DNA from: Haliotis cracherodii
Lineage: Eukaryota
Assembly (NCBI RefSeq): GCF_022045235.1
Contig: NW_027266269.1
Coordinates: 7,626,001 to 7,690,000, forward strand
Reading direction: 5' to 3'
DNA: 64,000 nucleotides
Each line of letters opens with the position of its first letter. The first letter of the stretch is position 1. Under the pieces are notes generated by a model. That model saw only the letters and a list, made by a program, of their open reading frames with translations, ran no database searches and was not told where the DNA came from. This document shows positions 1 to 14,209 of the stretch, one piece after another. Made by a program: the position numbers and the translations under genes.

Positions 1-511
1 GTCTGTCATCCGTCAATGGAGATACGTCAAGGAGATACCATGTGACTGTAATCGTTATCGTGACGCCACCTGTCAATCATAAACATGATTCACCAATTAG
101 GTCATATGAGGTGAGGTGAAATTGGGTTTAACGTCGCGTCCAAGATTATTGCACTTATAAAGCGAAGTGCATGCGCGTGTGTGGCTGCTTGTACTAGTCC
201 GGACTGATTCCGATTTAAAATGCTAGCCCACTGAGATGCCATACTGCAGTTGAACATGAATACACAGACACACTGACTAATTTGGTATGACGCTCTCTGG
301 GCGGACGCTCTGCCACTAGACCTTGGTCTCGCTGATTAGAAAGCCCAAAGTGATGCTGAACTCGTTAATTTGTCCGACAACCTCAAAACCTGTCCGAATT
401 GTATATTTGAAAATTATTTTTTTATCCAATTTTGTTTTAACATAGATAATGTTAAGCGCATTATTAAAAGGATAAAGATGTTTATATGATTGTTTATTTC
501 CACTTTGAACT

Positions 512-700
512 GGTGCTTGTCTAAAAAAGGGAATAACGGGATCGGATGGTCAGGCTCGCTGACATGGTTGATGCATGTCACCGTATCCTGTTGCATGGAT
601 CGATGCTCACGATGCCAATCACTGGATTGTCTGACCCAGACTCATTTAGTTAGACTGTCGTCATATAGCTGGATTATTGCTGAGTGCGGCGTTACACAAA
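512..700 (+). mobile_element. SINE family A, partial
   Basis: Similar to 1271-1535. Confidence 0.75.
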
Positions 701-1270
701 GAAAACAGTCGAGCATCCAGAATGTTTAACCTCACCACCTCAAGCCTATTTGTCTGTGGTGATACTGGCTTAAAATATGCCCCGATGCTTGTCGTTAGAG
801 CTGACGAATCATATAATTAACCTAATGTGTTTTGATATCTGAGGTCGTCTCATTGTAGATTTGATGCCTCTCATTTCAATTTGAAACCTTGCGCTTTGGT
901 GATGATTGTGAGGCCGTAAATCAGTTGTTAGTGCTCTTCGTTAGAGTTGACTAGTCATCAAATTAACTTATGTTTGATAAGCTGTTATTACGATATCGAA
1001 CGTATACAATTATTATAGGTTAATGGCAGTCATTATTATATGAGTAGGCTCTCGATAGATGAATGTTTTCACACACAAAGTGTGGCATGTGGAATTAGAT
1101 ACCTTATTTTCACCAATCAGAATGAAGCATTCTAAAGCGTCAAGGCAGAATATCTGTGGTTACATATCTGTGTGATCATGTGACTTGGCTGACTGTTTCG
1201 GTATCTGTTTCCCCACCCATAACTGTGATGTTTCTATTTGATATCTACTATCCGTACAAGAACTCTTAGA

Positions 1271-1535
1271 CCGGTGAAGATCCGGGGTAGAATAGGTCTT
1301 CAGCAACCCACGCTTGTGTTAAAGGTGACTATGCTTGTCGTAAGAGGCGACGAACGGGATCGGGTGGTCAGATTCGCTGACTTGGTCGATGCATGTCAAC
1401 GTATCCAAATTGCCTGGATCGATGCTCATTTTGTCAATCACTGGATTATCTGGTCCCGACTCGATAATATACAGACCTCCGCCATATAGCTCGAATATTG
1501 CGCAGTGCGGCGTTAAACAACAAACAAACAAACAA
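1271..1535 (+). mobile_element. SINE-like family A (near full length)
   Basis: ccggtgaagatccggggtagaataggtcttcagcaaccc...gctgagtgcggcgttaaac-type 3' end with (AAAC)n tail; about 15 copies in the window. Confidence 0.85.
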
Positions 1536-2379
1536 ACATACAAACACATAAGAACTCTTCAATGTATCAAAAGTTTCAAAATCCCGTCACTCTAATAATA
1601 TTTATTTACAAATTATCTACATGTTTCTAGATAATAATAGGTCATTGAATGCTCTGCCCAGGAGGTTAAAGTACGGTAAAAAATTGTCATCCTGTTTGAT
1701 ACGTAATTCCTATCATAATCAGTGTAACTATCATCAAGCAGAGTTTTAAACTATCTCGCCGCAGAGCATTTTTAATATTTGTTTGTTTTCTACACAACCG
1801 CCATTAGCTAAAGTGATGACGTAAATCCTGCTGGGGTATCGTGCAGGAAGCAGAGGTACTGTAAGTCCCCATGATCCCAAATGCAAATTATCTACATTTT
1901 ACTGGACAATAATAGGTCATTGTATGCATGCGTGAAAATATCGTGTATATTTTTGTGTTATGGGCTGCCTGTTTAAGTGTGTCTCGTCCGACATTGTCGT
2001 TGATCGTTTCTGATGCTATCCAGCATTGGATTCTCCGAAAAAAGCGTTCGCTTGTCACTCATCACATGGAAGACCCGGTTCAATTCCCCAAATGGGTACA
2101 ATTTGTGAAGCCATTGCTGGCGTCCCCCTAGTTGCTGTTGGAATATTGGCAAAGCCAGCGTAAAACTAGACTCACTGTGATCAAGATTTGAGTATTTACG
2201 GTCCATCCATCCAATGACCTACTCTGCCAAACAGAGTCGACAAAACAATACATTTATCGTAAATATCAATCATTTATTCACATGTACAAAACTCACTCAG
2301 TCCTCACATTGGAACACGTTTCCGTTCATCATTCCAACGGTCGTAAACATTTACATTTACGTCAGTGAATTACTGAGTT

Positions 2380-2535
2380 GGTGAGTATGGTTTTACGCCG
2401 ATTTTAGCAACATTCCAGCAATATCACGGCGGGGAACACCAAAAATGGGCTTCACACATTGTTCCCATGTTGGGAATCGAACCCGTGTCTTCGGCGTGAT
2501 GAGCGAACTCTTCAAACACTAGCCGACCGCTCCCA
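2380..2535 (-). mobile_element. Short tRNA-derived SINE family C
   Basis: B box GGTTCGATTCC on the minus strand. Related pieces at 27905-27980 and 29741-29804; the latter has a 14-bp TSD TGTGATGGATAGTG. Confidence 0.75.
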
Positions 2536-2814
2536 ATACAACACGTAAGATGAACATGTTTACTCCTTACGCGAACGTCTGGTGTCATAATCAAATATTG
2601 TACTTTAGACTACAATGTAGGCCACATGCATTCCCAATGCTTATTGTCCTTGATATATACCACTGGGTTGTCAATCCCTGACTTTACTTTATTACAAGCC
2701 ATTGCAAAACATCTGGAATATTGCTTATTGTTTTGAAACTAATGATATACTTATCTTTTTTCGTCTCTGCTTTGTACTTAATTTTGTGATACTCAGTGTG
2801 CATAGTGTATTGTA

Positions 2815-3095
2815 GTGAGTGAGTGAGTGAGTTGTGTTTAACGCTTTTACCAGAGTTCCAGTTATATCACGGCGTGTCAGCTTAATGTGGGAGGAAGGCC
2901 CGAAGTGATGCAGGTCTCAGACGTTTACCAACTCGGTGAAACCCACGAGCACAGGTATGGTGCTGACAAACCTAGAAACATAATCGGGGCGAGCCGGGAT
3001 TCGAACCCACAATCATAGGTTTCTGGCGCGTCCAAGGGACGCAACTCTGCTTAGCAAATGGCGGCGCCTTCGACGACTGGGCCACTCGTGCCCAC
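2815..3095 (-). mobile_element. tRNA-derived SINE family B
   Basis: Minus-strand A box TGGCCCAGTCGTCGAAGG, B box GGTTCGAATCC, (ACTC)n tail. Confidence 0.85.
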
Positions 3096-3318
3096 GAGTG
3101 TACTATAAGGACATACTCGATAACAACAGAACAGGAATGAACATCGCATTGACATTTTGTCACGCTTTATGCACCAGTCTATTGGGATATTTGAGCTGCA
3201 TTCGTTTGCTGAAGATGAAGTCAACGTTATGAGCAATTGCATTTAGCTCCAGATATTCAAAATGTCACCACAAGAAGGCATTTGGGATCGACGTGCAGCA
3301 TAAATCATACTGTGACAT

Positions 3319-3856
3319 NNNNNNNNNNNNNNNNNNNNNNNNNNNNNNNNNNNNNNNNNNNNNNNNNNNNNNNNNNNNNNNNNNNNNNNNNNNNNNNNNN
3401 NNNNNNNNNNNNNNNNNNNNNNNNNNNNNNNNNNNNNNNNNNNNNNNNNNNNNNNNNNNNNNNNNNNNNNNNNNNNNNNNNNNNNNNNNNNNNNNNNNNN
3501 NNNNNNNNNNNNNNNNNNNNNNNNNNNNNNNNNNNNNNNNNNNNNNNNNNNNNNNNNNNNNNNNNNNNNNNNNNNNNNNNNNNNNNNNNNNNNNNNNNNN
3601 NNNNNNNNNNNNNNNNNNNNNNNNNNNNNNNNNNNNNNNNNNNNNNNNNNNNNNNNNNNNNNNNNNNNNNNNNNNNNNNNNNNNNNNNNNNNNNNNNNNN
3701 NNNNNNNNNNNNNNNNNNNNNNNNNNNNNNNNNNNNNNNNNNNNNNNNNNNNNNNNNNNNNNNNNNNNNNNNNNNNNNNNNNNNNNNNNNNNNNNNNNNN
3801 NNNNNNNNNNNNNNNNNNNNNNNNNNNNNNNNNNNNNNNNNNNNNNNNNNNNNNNN
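3319..3856. other. Assembly gap (other gaps at 20528-20655 and 21160-21309)
   Basis: Runs of N. Confidence 1.
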
Positions 3857-5099
3857 ATCCATAAATAACGACATGATAACATTTTTTGGATGAGTTCTTT
3901 ATTACCAGTTTTCGACCTGGTACAATGGTACAGTCAACATTATTACATCCAATATAATAATCTATTAACCAACTGTGACTGACAAATAACACCGGTACAG
4001 AACATACGTAATATCAAACTAACATTAAGAGATACAAAACATTAAGAAAAGGTGAATGGCAACTGACTGCTAAGTTACAGTAGAGGTATTAGCAAAGTCG
4101 TTTTCTTCTGCAACTGTACCATACTTATTATTAATTAAATGACAGAAATCTATAACACTGATAATTACCAACTATGGGCTGAACCACGTGATCTCACGAG
4201 CAGGTATTGACTTGGTAACCACAGTCATCAATCCCACCTACAGTATATTAAATACACCAAAAAATAAATCAATAACTGCATTGGCAAAAATGCCAAACGT
4301 TAACTATCAACAGTTATTCTGTGCACAACGACACACTTGACATGTTCAAAGTTAAGTTGTTACCAGTTTGTGTGAACAATTTAACGACCATTACAAAGTG
4401 TAAAACATTATAACAAATTTCATATATTCAATATTCAAATTTTATGCTTACAGGAAAACGTTTCTATAATAAAACTCAACTAACCAGAAGTATTGTTTTC
4501 ACATTCCCAGCAAGAAAAGGTCTTCCCACCCCTGATGTCAGCTTCCAAGTGATCAAACATCTCGCATGCTCACAGCACGAAACGCATGTGCTTTACTGAA
4601 CCAATCAAATTGGTTCTACTTGGTTTACAGAAACTTGTAGCCAAACAAATGTGATGACACACTTCTTGTTAAGAAATGACACCTGACAATAACTATGGGT
4701 TGTGGGAAATATTCATTTATCTTGGAAATACTAAATTAATCATTTCGAACTTAAAATCCACCATCAAATAACATATTGTTCTCAACGATGTTACATGCGT
4801 GTGCGTGTCTGCTTGTGCTAGTCCAGACTAATACCGGTTTAAAGAGTTAGACCACTGAGAGACCATGCTGTCAAACATCATATTGACCCCATCCCGACCT
4901 GTCCTTGTGTTTATTCTGTTATGCCCAGCGCCCGTCAGCGTAACAACAAGTACCATGTTGTCTTTAGTTGTGGCGCAGCCAGGGGATCGAACCGCCGGCT
5001 TTCGGCTCTCCGGGCAGACGCTCTTTCTAATGGACCAGGCAGTTCAGATCACTTGATAATAGCTGTTACATCAGTAGAGTGATAAAAATCAACAAATAT

Positions 5100-5326
5100 A
5101 TGTTTGCTTGTTGTTTAACGCCACACTCAGCAAAAGCGGTTTGTATATTTGACGGCTGTCTGTAAATAATCGAGTCGGGAACAGACACTGCAATGATTGA
5201 CATCAACCACGTCAGCGACCCTGACCACCAAATCCCGTTAGTCGCTTCTTACGGCAAGGGTAGTCTCCTACTAGGGCAAGGATGGGCTGCTGAAGACCTA
5301 TTCTCTAGCCGGATTTTCACGGGTCC
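5100..5326 (-). mobile_element. SINE family A
   Basis: Reverse-complement similarity to the family. Confidence 0.75.
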
Positions 5327-6725
5327 CTAAATATAAGAATGAGTCAGATTCATTTGTCGAGTGGTTTCTTAGAAGATCTTTACAGCCTTCAGCCAGGAGT
5401 GCATTTTGAGGAAATTTAGACTGTGTTTATTGGCATGGATTTCTTATAATTATGGAAAGGGCTTTTATTTACGTCAATCCTCGCACTGAGATTGGCTTGT
5501 GACACGAACCCATGGTCAAAAATACAAAGGTCAAATCAAGGTAAAATGTAACATATATAAATAAACTGCAGTTACAGACCACTAATTTTAGTTTCTTATA
5601 ACCGTAGTTATTAGCATGTATACATCATATATACAGTAAATAGCCGTGACCAAAAATTAAAAACACGTTATAAGCGTGTTTGTTACAAAAGTAGTTTACT
5701 GTATATGTGTGGCGCCACTAAACAAACCTCACACATATACCAAATGTCATTACATTTTGAACAAACATGACTGAGTCAGTATGACCGAAGTGCAAAAAAA
5801 ATAAATAGCCTGAAAATATATCAGTCAGGTGAGCTAACAATGGTTTGCAAAAGGGACACGGTTCATAACGAGCTTGTGGATAAGAATCTACAATTCATGT
5901 CATTCGAACGTGTTAACATAATTTTGAAATTGAAAGAAAACATCAGTATTATTGGGATCAGTAACTGGTTTGTTGTCAAGTCTGAAACAGACTGTCCAGT
6001 GATTGATATTATGAACAACGATCAATACCATCATACTGCAGTCAACCAAGTCACTGAGCCTGACACCCCGACCCATTAGGTCGTCAATTCTAACCCGAAA
6101 TCACCATGGTAATACCGCTTTTAAGCATCTGAACACACATGAAATATCTCTACAAATTGTCATCAGTAATACCACAGTCTCTTTGCTATCCCTGAAGGGT
6201 TACTGGCTTACAAATGATTCATTAATCAACAGGACGAATGGATAAAGTAGAAATTGTAGTGACCTCTGCTGAAATGGATCAACATAGTTTGATTAATTAT
6301 GTAAGGAGTACCCATACTAGATTTGTGCAAAACGAGTCCATCAGATTCAATTTTGCAATTATGCCAACATTATTCTTCCATGTTTGCAAAGTTCAGATGA
6401 CATGTGGAAAGGACAGGAAGACAAAAGTACAGGGAAAAGGTGCTAAAACGTCAAAGCCCCGGGTAAATATCAAAATATGCTCAAGACGAACTATATGTTA
6501 TTCAGATTTCTGTATTTCAATTTTCATTACAATAAAGGCGAAAAAGGCTGTGGCGGCCCATATTGAAATTCGGATGTGATTGTAAAATGTTGACGTATGT
6601 GAAGTTTCAGCTTTGGCTTAGTTGGTTCAGAGGATAAGAAGTTTATGATGGACAAGCATTCCGCGACATAAGCTGACTTGATTTTCAGAAAAAAAAGGCT
6701 AAATTAATGTTTTCCCCATATGTAT

Positions 6726-9700
6726 CTAAATAGCATTTTTCGATTTTGGATATTTGATCTGCACTCGTTTGATGAGGCTGAAATCAACATCAAGGGTGAT
6801 GGCCTCGTGAAGAGGGATCCTTACTGGAGCATCCAACAGACTCTTGTCATCAACAGACATCTGAAAGAGACACGAACCAGTTCACTTTACAAATCAGGCC
6901 ACACATTCCCATCATGTTTGTTGTAATTTTGATTCACACAAACATTAATAGAACAAATATATACATCAACCAGACACATCGTTCATTGATTTCTCAGCGT
7001 AAAAAATACTCAATATATATATCAGCCCTTTCAGAGATGTTTAATGTCAATATATCAAGATTGACAACTGAGATTGACTGTTGCAGAAGCAGATATATTA
7101 TGGAGTAACATAGTCGTTATGTCTCACAAGATTCAGAGGGTTCGAAGTGTCCTCCGTCATGATATAATTGGATATTCACTCACTAACTCAGAAAAAGATC
7201 AAGTCTGCGAGATCGTATAATAGATTACATTTGTATATGTGTATGCACATAAACCCTCAAATTCCTACCTGGAACTCATTATTTGTGATTTTAATGGAGA
7301 GGTTCGACGTCACGTTGGGTGTGAACAGGAAGTCGGGAGAACTAATCTCTTTTTCCCATTGGCTTAATATCCGAGCAGTATTGTAGATTATTTCAGAGAT
7401 CGACCACCGCACAACCAGAAGGAACACCACTCTACTGCTCTCGTTTGCACTCAGACGTACCACAGACCTGAGGAAGAAAAAATATTAGTAATCAGATATT
7501 ATTGACATCATAAGCCTCACTGTAGCATGACCTTCTGATATTGAAGAAGAACTGTCTATTGCTTGTGTCAGACTTAAATAAAGCATTTGTTGGTAATTGA
7601 ACCAGGTGGCCTTCCCATAATACTGTCTTGTCTGACCTGTGGGTACCTCGGTTGCCAGTCGTTAGAGGTTTTTCCAGTTCCTGTTTTTTAGTGACTCTCT
7701 GTCATCGTGCCACAACGGGTTGGATCATTGTGTATACAGACTGCTATGATATGCTCTGATATCGAGAACATTTAGCAGTGTTCACTCAAGCCATATTCAG
7801 TATTTCCAATCCCATCAAGAAGAAATTGCATAAATATTGTAGCATGCTTTTGCAAATGCTGATTACTGTACACTTCACAGTACCTTGCGGCTCCATCACC
7901 AGCTGCCTCCACGATAATCTCCGTACCACTGGACAAGGGAGCAGGAAGAGGCGTACTGAATACGGGCACCTGTTGTAAAGTAGAGAGTGAGCAGGTGAAT
8001 AGATGATAATAACTCGTCGGGGTGGGATTGGGGAGGTTGAATTGTCGTTCTTAATACACGCACCTGTTATAAAGTAGAGAGTAAGCAGGTGAATAGTTGA
8101 TAATAACTTGTCGGGGTGGGGGTTGGGGAGGTTGAATTTGCGCTCTTAATATACTCACCTGTTATAAAGTAGAGAGTGAGGAGGTGAATTTTGCATCACT
8201 AAAAGTGAGCAGGAAGAGGCGCTCTTAATATACGCACCTGTTATAAAGTAGAGAGTGAGGAGGTGAATTTTGCATTACTAAAAGAGGGCAGGAAGAGGCG
8301 TTCTGAATACGGTCAATAAGGTCGGATTTAACTGGATAGAAAAAAATCAACCTTTTGTCTTACGTATTTTACTATAAATTAACATTAAAAACATGAAGTG
8401 ATGTATGTATGGATGGATGTACACACAACTGTTTGGTTTCCAAACATGTGCCACTGTACCTGGTCAACCCAGAGGGTCTGCATGCACCTTCCTACATTAA
8501 CTGGTACGTTGTCATGGAAACATGTGTCTGATGTGGTCGGTAGGTAGGAGAATCCACTGGGACAGGTGACATCAACGTGGGACTGGTTCCTCACCAGCAT
8601 CGATACTGCGTTCAGGACCCGAAACTCAGTGCAGGGAACTAAACATGACATATAAATCAATTATTTCCGAAGCTTCAATGCAGCTTGCGGTACTTAAACA
8701 GTTAACAGTTCTTATGACAAAATGAGTAGCTTTTGGCGATTCCATAGCGAATAGATAACCAGTAGGTGACACGAAAGATCATGAGGGCGTTACATCATAT
8801 GACGTTAATTCAATTTTGGAATAGGACACATATATTATGCTGAATACTTTCATAACAGAAAGCCTAAGGCCTTTAGTTACCCCGATGTAACAGTGATGTG
8901 CACCTACACAGTTTAGTTAATAATTGCTGGGACATTCAAGGCGTGGGTTACACAGGCCTCTATGGTTTACAGTAAATGATGTTTGAGTGAGATAAAGTAT
9001 TTTATAGTATAAATGACCTTGATCGACGTATTTGAAAATAAAAACATACTCCAACGTTTCATTTGACATTTTCACATGCTTCTCCAATTCGTAATGGTTC
9101 ATTTATCATACCGAATGGGATGAACTGACAATTAATGCCTTTGGTATTGCAAACAGGATATGCGTGTGACTATTATTTCATTCAATGTTTATGAGTTGGT
9201 TCTGATTTCAATGGTTCGTTTCACGCACACAGTTAGCTCATTGGCAATTAAAATGCTTGTTGTTGAGTCAACGTATATAGCCTTGTTTTGATCTGTGATG
9301 TTACTGATATATTCGCATTTTAGAGCCCAACCCAAACCATTAGAGTGATGAATTGAGAAATCTTCAGTCAATAAGTATCGATCTCCAACTGAAAACGTCC
9401 ACACACAAACAGACTCTATGGGGCGCAAAAGCCAAGGCATTTATAGATTGGTGATGACACCAGGTGTTCGCAAAACGTTTAACCATAGCATGGTCAACCC
9501 GTTGTACCCGCGCTCGCACAATTTGCACAACAAAGTAAGGGTTTATTTGTTGGTTAACTCTTATGTTAAATATCATTTATTATCGTGTTAAGAAACTTTT
9601 TTCTCCTGTACCGTCGTGGGTGTTTTTTTTTCAGAAATAAATGATGATGATGTTTGTTGTTCGATGCCGCACCCAGAATAATGCTTGATTAACACACACA

Positions 9701-10711
9701 TACAAGGAAGTAAATAGGCCTTTATGGCTGACCCTGTGTTACTTTCAGTGCTAAACGTACACACAAAATCATAGAAAGTAATTATCAAAGGATGTGAAAT
9801 GCATCTTAAATGTAAAAGTAAAATACTATATTTCAAATTAAATTCATATGTTGACACATGAACAGATTTACTTATCCAGATTGCTCTGACTTATATGCCA
9901 ATAAAGTTTGACTGAATCTTATCAACCAAATTGATGTTCCTGTGTGTGTTGTGAGGCCTGTAAATGGATTACAAAGAAATAAGTTTATGGTGACAAACAT
10001 GTTGTGAGGTCAGGAATGTCCTATTTGATATTCATAGTGCGATCCTTGGATCCTATTGCAAGAGGCTTTTTGAAAGAACTTTTAGCTGTAGCTGACAAAC
10101 AAAAGTCCAGACTCAATACAAAGTTTTGAGCCCCCAGCCCCCACAGACAAACCACCAACCACCCCAATCTCACCCCCCGAACCCACCCTGGAATATCAAA
10201 TGTCAGTTCCGAAATAAAAACTGGGGCAATAAATTCTATAAATTCAATACTGAAAAGAACATAACACGTATTATGATATAATATGCTTTATGATAATTAA
10301 GTTGCATGTAAATGTAAAATGTAATGTAACATTTCAGAAAGACAATAACCATTAGAATGTCAGTAAATGATATAACCGTGTTATAACGAAAGAACATTTA
10401 CCTGCATAATACTGCCAGCCTGCCTCTTGTTCACCCCCAGTGATGGAACATGAATAGTACAACCGACATCCTTGAGAGGTTGGATTGTACAGCACCATGT
10501 TGCACTGCAACTCATGGAAACACATCGACAGGCATGTAGCCTTGTCAGTAACACTGTGTTCAGTGATGAAGGTGTCATTAAACATCTGTCCATCCAAACT
10601 GACATGATGGAGAAATGTCAGATTGCCACATGACTGAAAAGCTGAACTGTAGGTAAAGGTAACGGTAACGGTAACAACAAGCTGAACAAATTCCCACACA
10701 GCCATTCTCAT
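6726..10711 (-). CDS. Secreted PAN/apple + Cys module + galectin-like domain protein (~302 aa, 5 exons)
   Basis: Exons 10711-10402, 8638-8460, 7969-7884, 7467-7269, 6860-6726. All introns GT-AG with matching phases (1,0,2,0); 909 nt open frame. Hydrophobic N-terminus MRMAVWEFVQLVVTVTVTFTYSSA. PAN Cys pattern CLSMCFHELQCNMVLYNPTSQGCRLY. C-terminal VPVFSTPLPAPLSSGTEIIV...VVRWSISEIIYNT...QWEKE...FLFTPN...IKITNNEFQMSVDDK...VRIPL follows the galectin beta-sandwich pattern (recognised by eye). Confidence 0.8.
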
Positions 10712-11569
10712 GCTTCTCGATTCTGGGAATAGTTCCAGGCATCTGGAGAAGGAGGATAATAACAGTGTGGTAATTGGTGGTATGACAAAGTATCAACAAG
10801 AAACTCGGTTACGTATTTAACATGTTAATTGGCTCTGTTCGCTAACCGATCACTGAAATATTTATGGAGTCTTGGAGGTGAAGTGGTCCTGTCATGTGGA
10901 TCCTTGAAATATGTTTTGTGCTTCACCGAGTTTATCATTTGTGAAAGAATTGCTGATAATGAGGCACACTGCTTGGCATCAATGTTACAAGTTTTGATTA
11001 TGAAATCGATTATTTCAGTCTTTTTAACTACTGGAGTATTCCTTGCATTACAGATGCAGTCGGGGCTGCATTAAGAAGAGAAGCCACTGGGACGTCGCAC
11101 GACTCCTGATTTTTGATAACGTCTCAATGGTAACAAACAATATGCGCCTCGGTCTCCATAGTAACAAAACAAGCACCACGGTCTCCATAGTCTCGATAGT
11201 AACAATATCAAACTGGAATTACAGTAAGACATTCAGTGTCGGTGACTGACGTGGTTCTGAAATGAAAATGATCCGTCAATGCTAGAGACGCAACTGGTTT
11301 TGTAAAGAAAATTTCAATGCAGAACAAATACCTCGAGGAGTGCCACAGGGGAAGGCCACATTGTGTGTTGTTTGTATCTGGCTTGACCAGGTTTTTTTGG
11401 AAGAGAAGACAGCATGTCACAATTAAATGGTATACAAGGCTTGGGCGACGAGCGCATCCTTGTCACTAATAATTGTGTTACCGTAAAAAATATTAGAAGC
11501 ACTATTTGGTGCTAAAATACATGTTACTACAGAATGTTACTCCTCAAGAATAGACAGGGTTGGTTGGGT

Positions 11570-11735
11570 GGTTGGTTATTTAACGCAGCAGCTATATGAC
11601 GGCGGTCTGTAAATAATCGAGTCTGGACCAGATAATCCAGTGATTAATATCATAATCACCGATCCACGCAATTGGGATCGATGACATGCATCAACCAAAT
11701 CAGCGAGCCTGAACACCCGATCCCGTTAGTCGCTT
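11570..11735 (-). mobile_element. SINE family A, partial
   Basis: Reverse-complement similarity to the family. Confidence 0.75.
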
Positions 11736-11744
11736 CAATATTTT

Positions 11745-12790
11745 ATTTTTTTATGCCATACCGTGGCGTCCGTCGTCTGTCGTCTGTCGTCCGTACGTAA
11801 ACATATTTTTTCAAACGACTTCTTCTTCTGAACAACTAATTGGAAATTAACGAAATTGGGCTGGAAGCATCCCTAGGTGGTGGGGATTAAAATTGTACAA
11901 ATGGTATCGCTGACCCCGAGGGACTGAGGGCCGGGGTAAAATAGGGGTAATTTGGCTGTATTGCTTTAAACAACTTCTTCTCTTGAACTAAGGACAGATA
12001 TCGACCATATAAGGTTGGAAGCATTCTCCGGTGGTGGGGATTCAAATTGGAGAAATGTAGGGGCTGAAATGCCAACCGCAAACCCCTAGGGATTAAGTTC
12101 TTGGCCAAAAACTTTGAAACAGTTGAGATCCCCACCCTATTACCATATACATGTATACATGTAGTTGCTAAGTATAACAAGACAAACACATATGCTACCA
12201 GGATGACCCTAGGAATACAGCCCCATTCTACTAAAACAGTCCCTAGCTTCAGGTCATAACTTTGAAAGGTCGGGATCCCCTCCCCACAACCATTTCTTCA
12301 CTTTCTAGGCATAAAGAGATGAATACCTGTGCCGTAGCTGCAGTTTAGGCAACTGCCTTACGCATAATGTTCACAATAATACATTTTGTTGTCCGTAAAT
12401 TTTAGAAGTTGTCTTCCCACACAGATGGCGGGATTTCCAACGTATTTGATACTCGTAATTGTGTAAATGGAGCGGGGCCAATGTGAGAAATTGAATACTT
12501 ACTTGGAATCTATATACTTATACTTGACATCACAACACAAACACATTCATGTTACCAAAATCTGCTTTGGAATATGTTGCCACCCCAGGGATCTGGCTCG
12601 AAAATGACTTTGGGTCATAATTACTTAAAAGATCGTCAAAATCCCCATCCTATATACCCATGCTCATCTTCATTTCACAATAAATCCATTCTATCAGGAC
12701 TGGTCTTTCTGTTCAACCTTGACCATAACATGCAAACAGATATTACCCCCCCCCCCCCCCCCCCCCCTTTATAAACAGATACATTGGGGG
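11745..12790 (+). mobile_element. Helentron-associated (HINE-like) non-autonomous element
   Basis: T-rich start, a (CGTC/TGTC)n microsatellite, then internal repeats ttcaaacgacttcttc...gaagcatccctaggtggtggggatt shared in inverted orientation with 32660-33097. Confidence 0.55.
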
Positions 12791-12794
12791 GTGG

Positions 12795-12960
12795 TAGAGT
12801 CCGAAGTGATGCAGGTCTCAGACGTTAACCACCTCGGTGAAACCCACGAGCACGGGTATGGTGCTGCCAAACCTAGAAACATAATCGGGGCAACCGGGAT
12901 TCGAATCCACAATCATAGCGAATCGCGGCGCCTTAGACGACTGGGCCACCCGTGCCCCCC
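12795..12960 (-). mobile_element. SINE family B, partial, short-head variant
   Basis: Same head and body, lacking the segment between the A and B boxes. Confidence 0.75.
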
Positions 12961-13419
12961 GTGTTCCTGTGTGTGTACATATTTCTCGTGTTCCTGTGTG
13001 TGTACACATTTCTCGTGTTCCTGTGAGTCCGGCTTTGGGTTGGGTTATCCCGGTCGCTCTTTCGCTCGTGGTGGATGAAAGTGATTTGATCTGAGACGTC
13101 AACAGTTTTGAAATAATTAATTATTATTGTCATACATGACAAGATAAATGGCAAATAGTTCTGCTACTTAAGGGTTAAGGTTTCAAGATCAATAAGCCTT
13201 TTACGCTGCTTCACTTCATTTGATATTTCCTTATTCATTTCGCACTGTAGGCCGGCCATGGGGCCCATTGTACGTTTCGATCGTCAAGTCCACAATGGAC
13301 ATTAACGAGCTTTTGACATTGATGGCATGGGATATATATAATGAGAGGTTTTTCATGGTTTCAGCATTGCATGATGACAACAATATGTTAAATTTATGTT
13401 ATGTAGGATGGACATAATA

Positions 13420-14100
13420 TTTTCCCGCAATATATTTGTTTCTAAGATTGTTATATGTTTTACAAATTAACAGAAAATGGTATTCGTTTTCGATAAGACC
13501 ATTGTTACAGAGGTTTCAAAGTCTTTGGTCTCTTGGAACATTATGAAATGATCGTGATTCAAATTCAAATACGAATGGTAATGGATCAGAAACTGATTGG
13601 TTTTCCCAAACATAGCCGAAACCAAATTTATATAAGGTATTTTTACCTTTATACAACAGATTATAGTTCTTTCTTGGGTAACGACTATTAGGCATAGATA
13701 TAACCTTACACCAGTAAATAATACAACGCTTATATGCTGAAATGTACAAAGGATATCGACCGTACTCGCCTCTTACGACATGATCGCGTGTCGAAGACTT
13801 AACGCCTAAAATTGTTTGCATGCTAATAAATGGATCTGTTCAATTTCTTTGTATTTATTAAAGCCCGGATTCGATTTATTGAGCCAAGTCATTAATGAAC
13901 ATATTAAACAGAAAGGGGCTTAGTATACAGCCTTGACGCACTCCAACATTACACGGAAAAAATCTGAAAGTTGGTTTTCACATGTAACGCAGGAGATAAC
14001 ATATTTATAAATAGATTGGATATTTTTATACATCTTTAGCGAGACTCCCTGTACGTTTAATACGCGCCACAATTTTGATTGTACAGAACCATCAACAAAA
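13420..14100 (-). mobile_element. Degenerate LINE (CR1/L2-group-like) RT C-terminal fragment
   Basis: Fragments LWRVLNVQGVSLKMYKNIQSIY...LSDFF and ILGVKSST...VVRGEYGRYPLYI...YWCKV...FGFGYVWENQ. Confidence 0.7.
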
Positions 14101-14209
14101 TCAACACTGATATTGAGATTATGTCCCACATCATTGGCTCGTTTAAGAAAACTGTGGAATGCCTTGTTTTCATCATGCGTCTTGACATGCTTCACAAGAG
14201 GATCATCAG

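Noticed and set aside
1238-1595. Short ORFs such as ...GLSGPDSIIYRPP... recurring across the window
   Set aside because: Translations of SINE family A copies.
3237-3992. Long ORFs spanning poly-X
   Set aside because: Artefacts of the N gap; the same applies to ORFs over 20528-20655 and 21160-21309.
11887-12189. 100-aa minus-strand ORF containing LIPRGLRL
   Set aside because: Lies within a non-autonomous repeat element; no supporting splice structure or further motifs.
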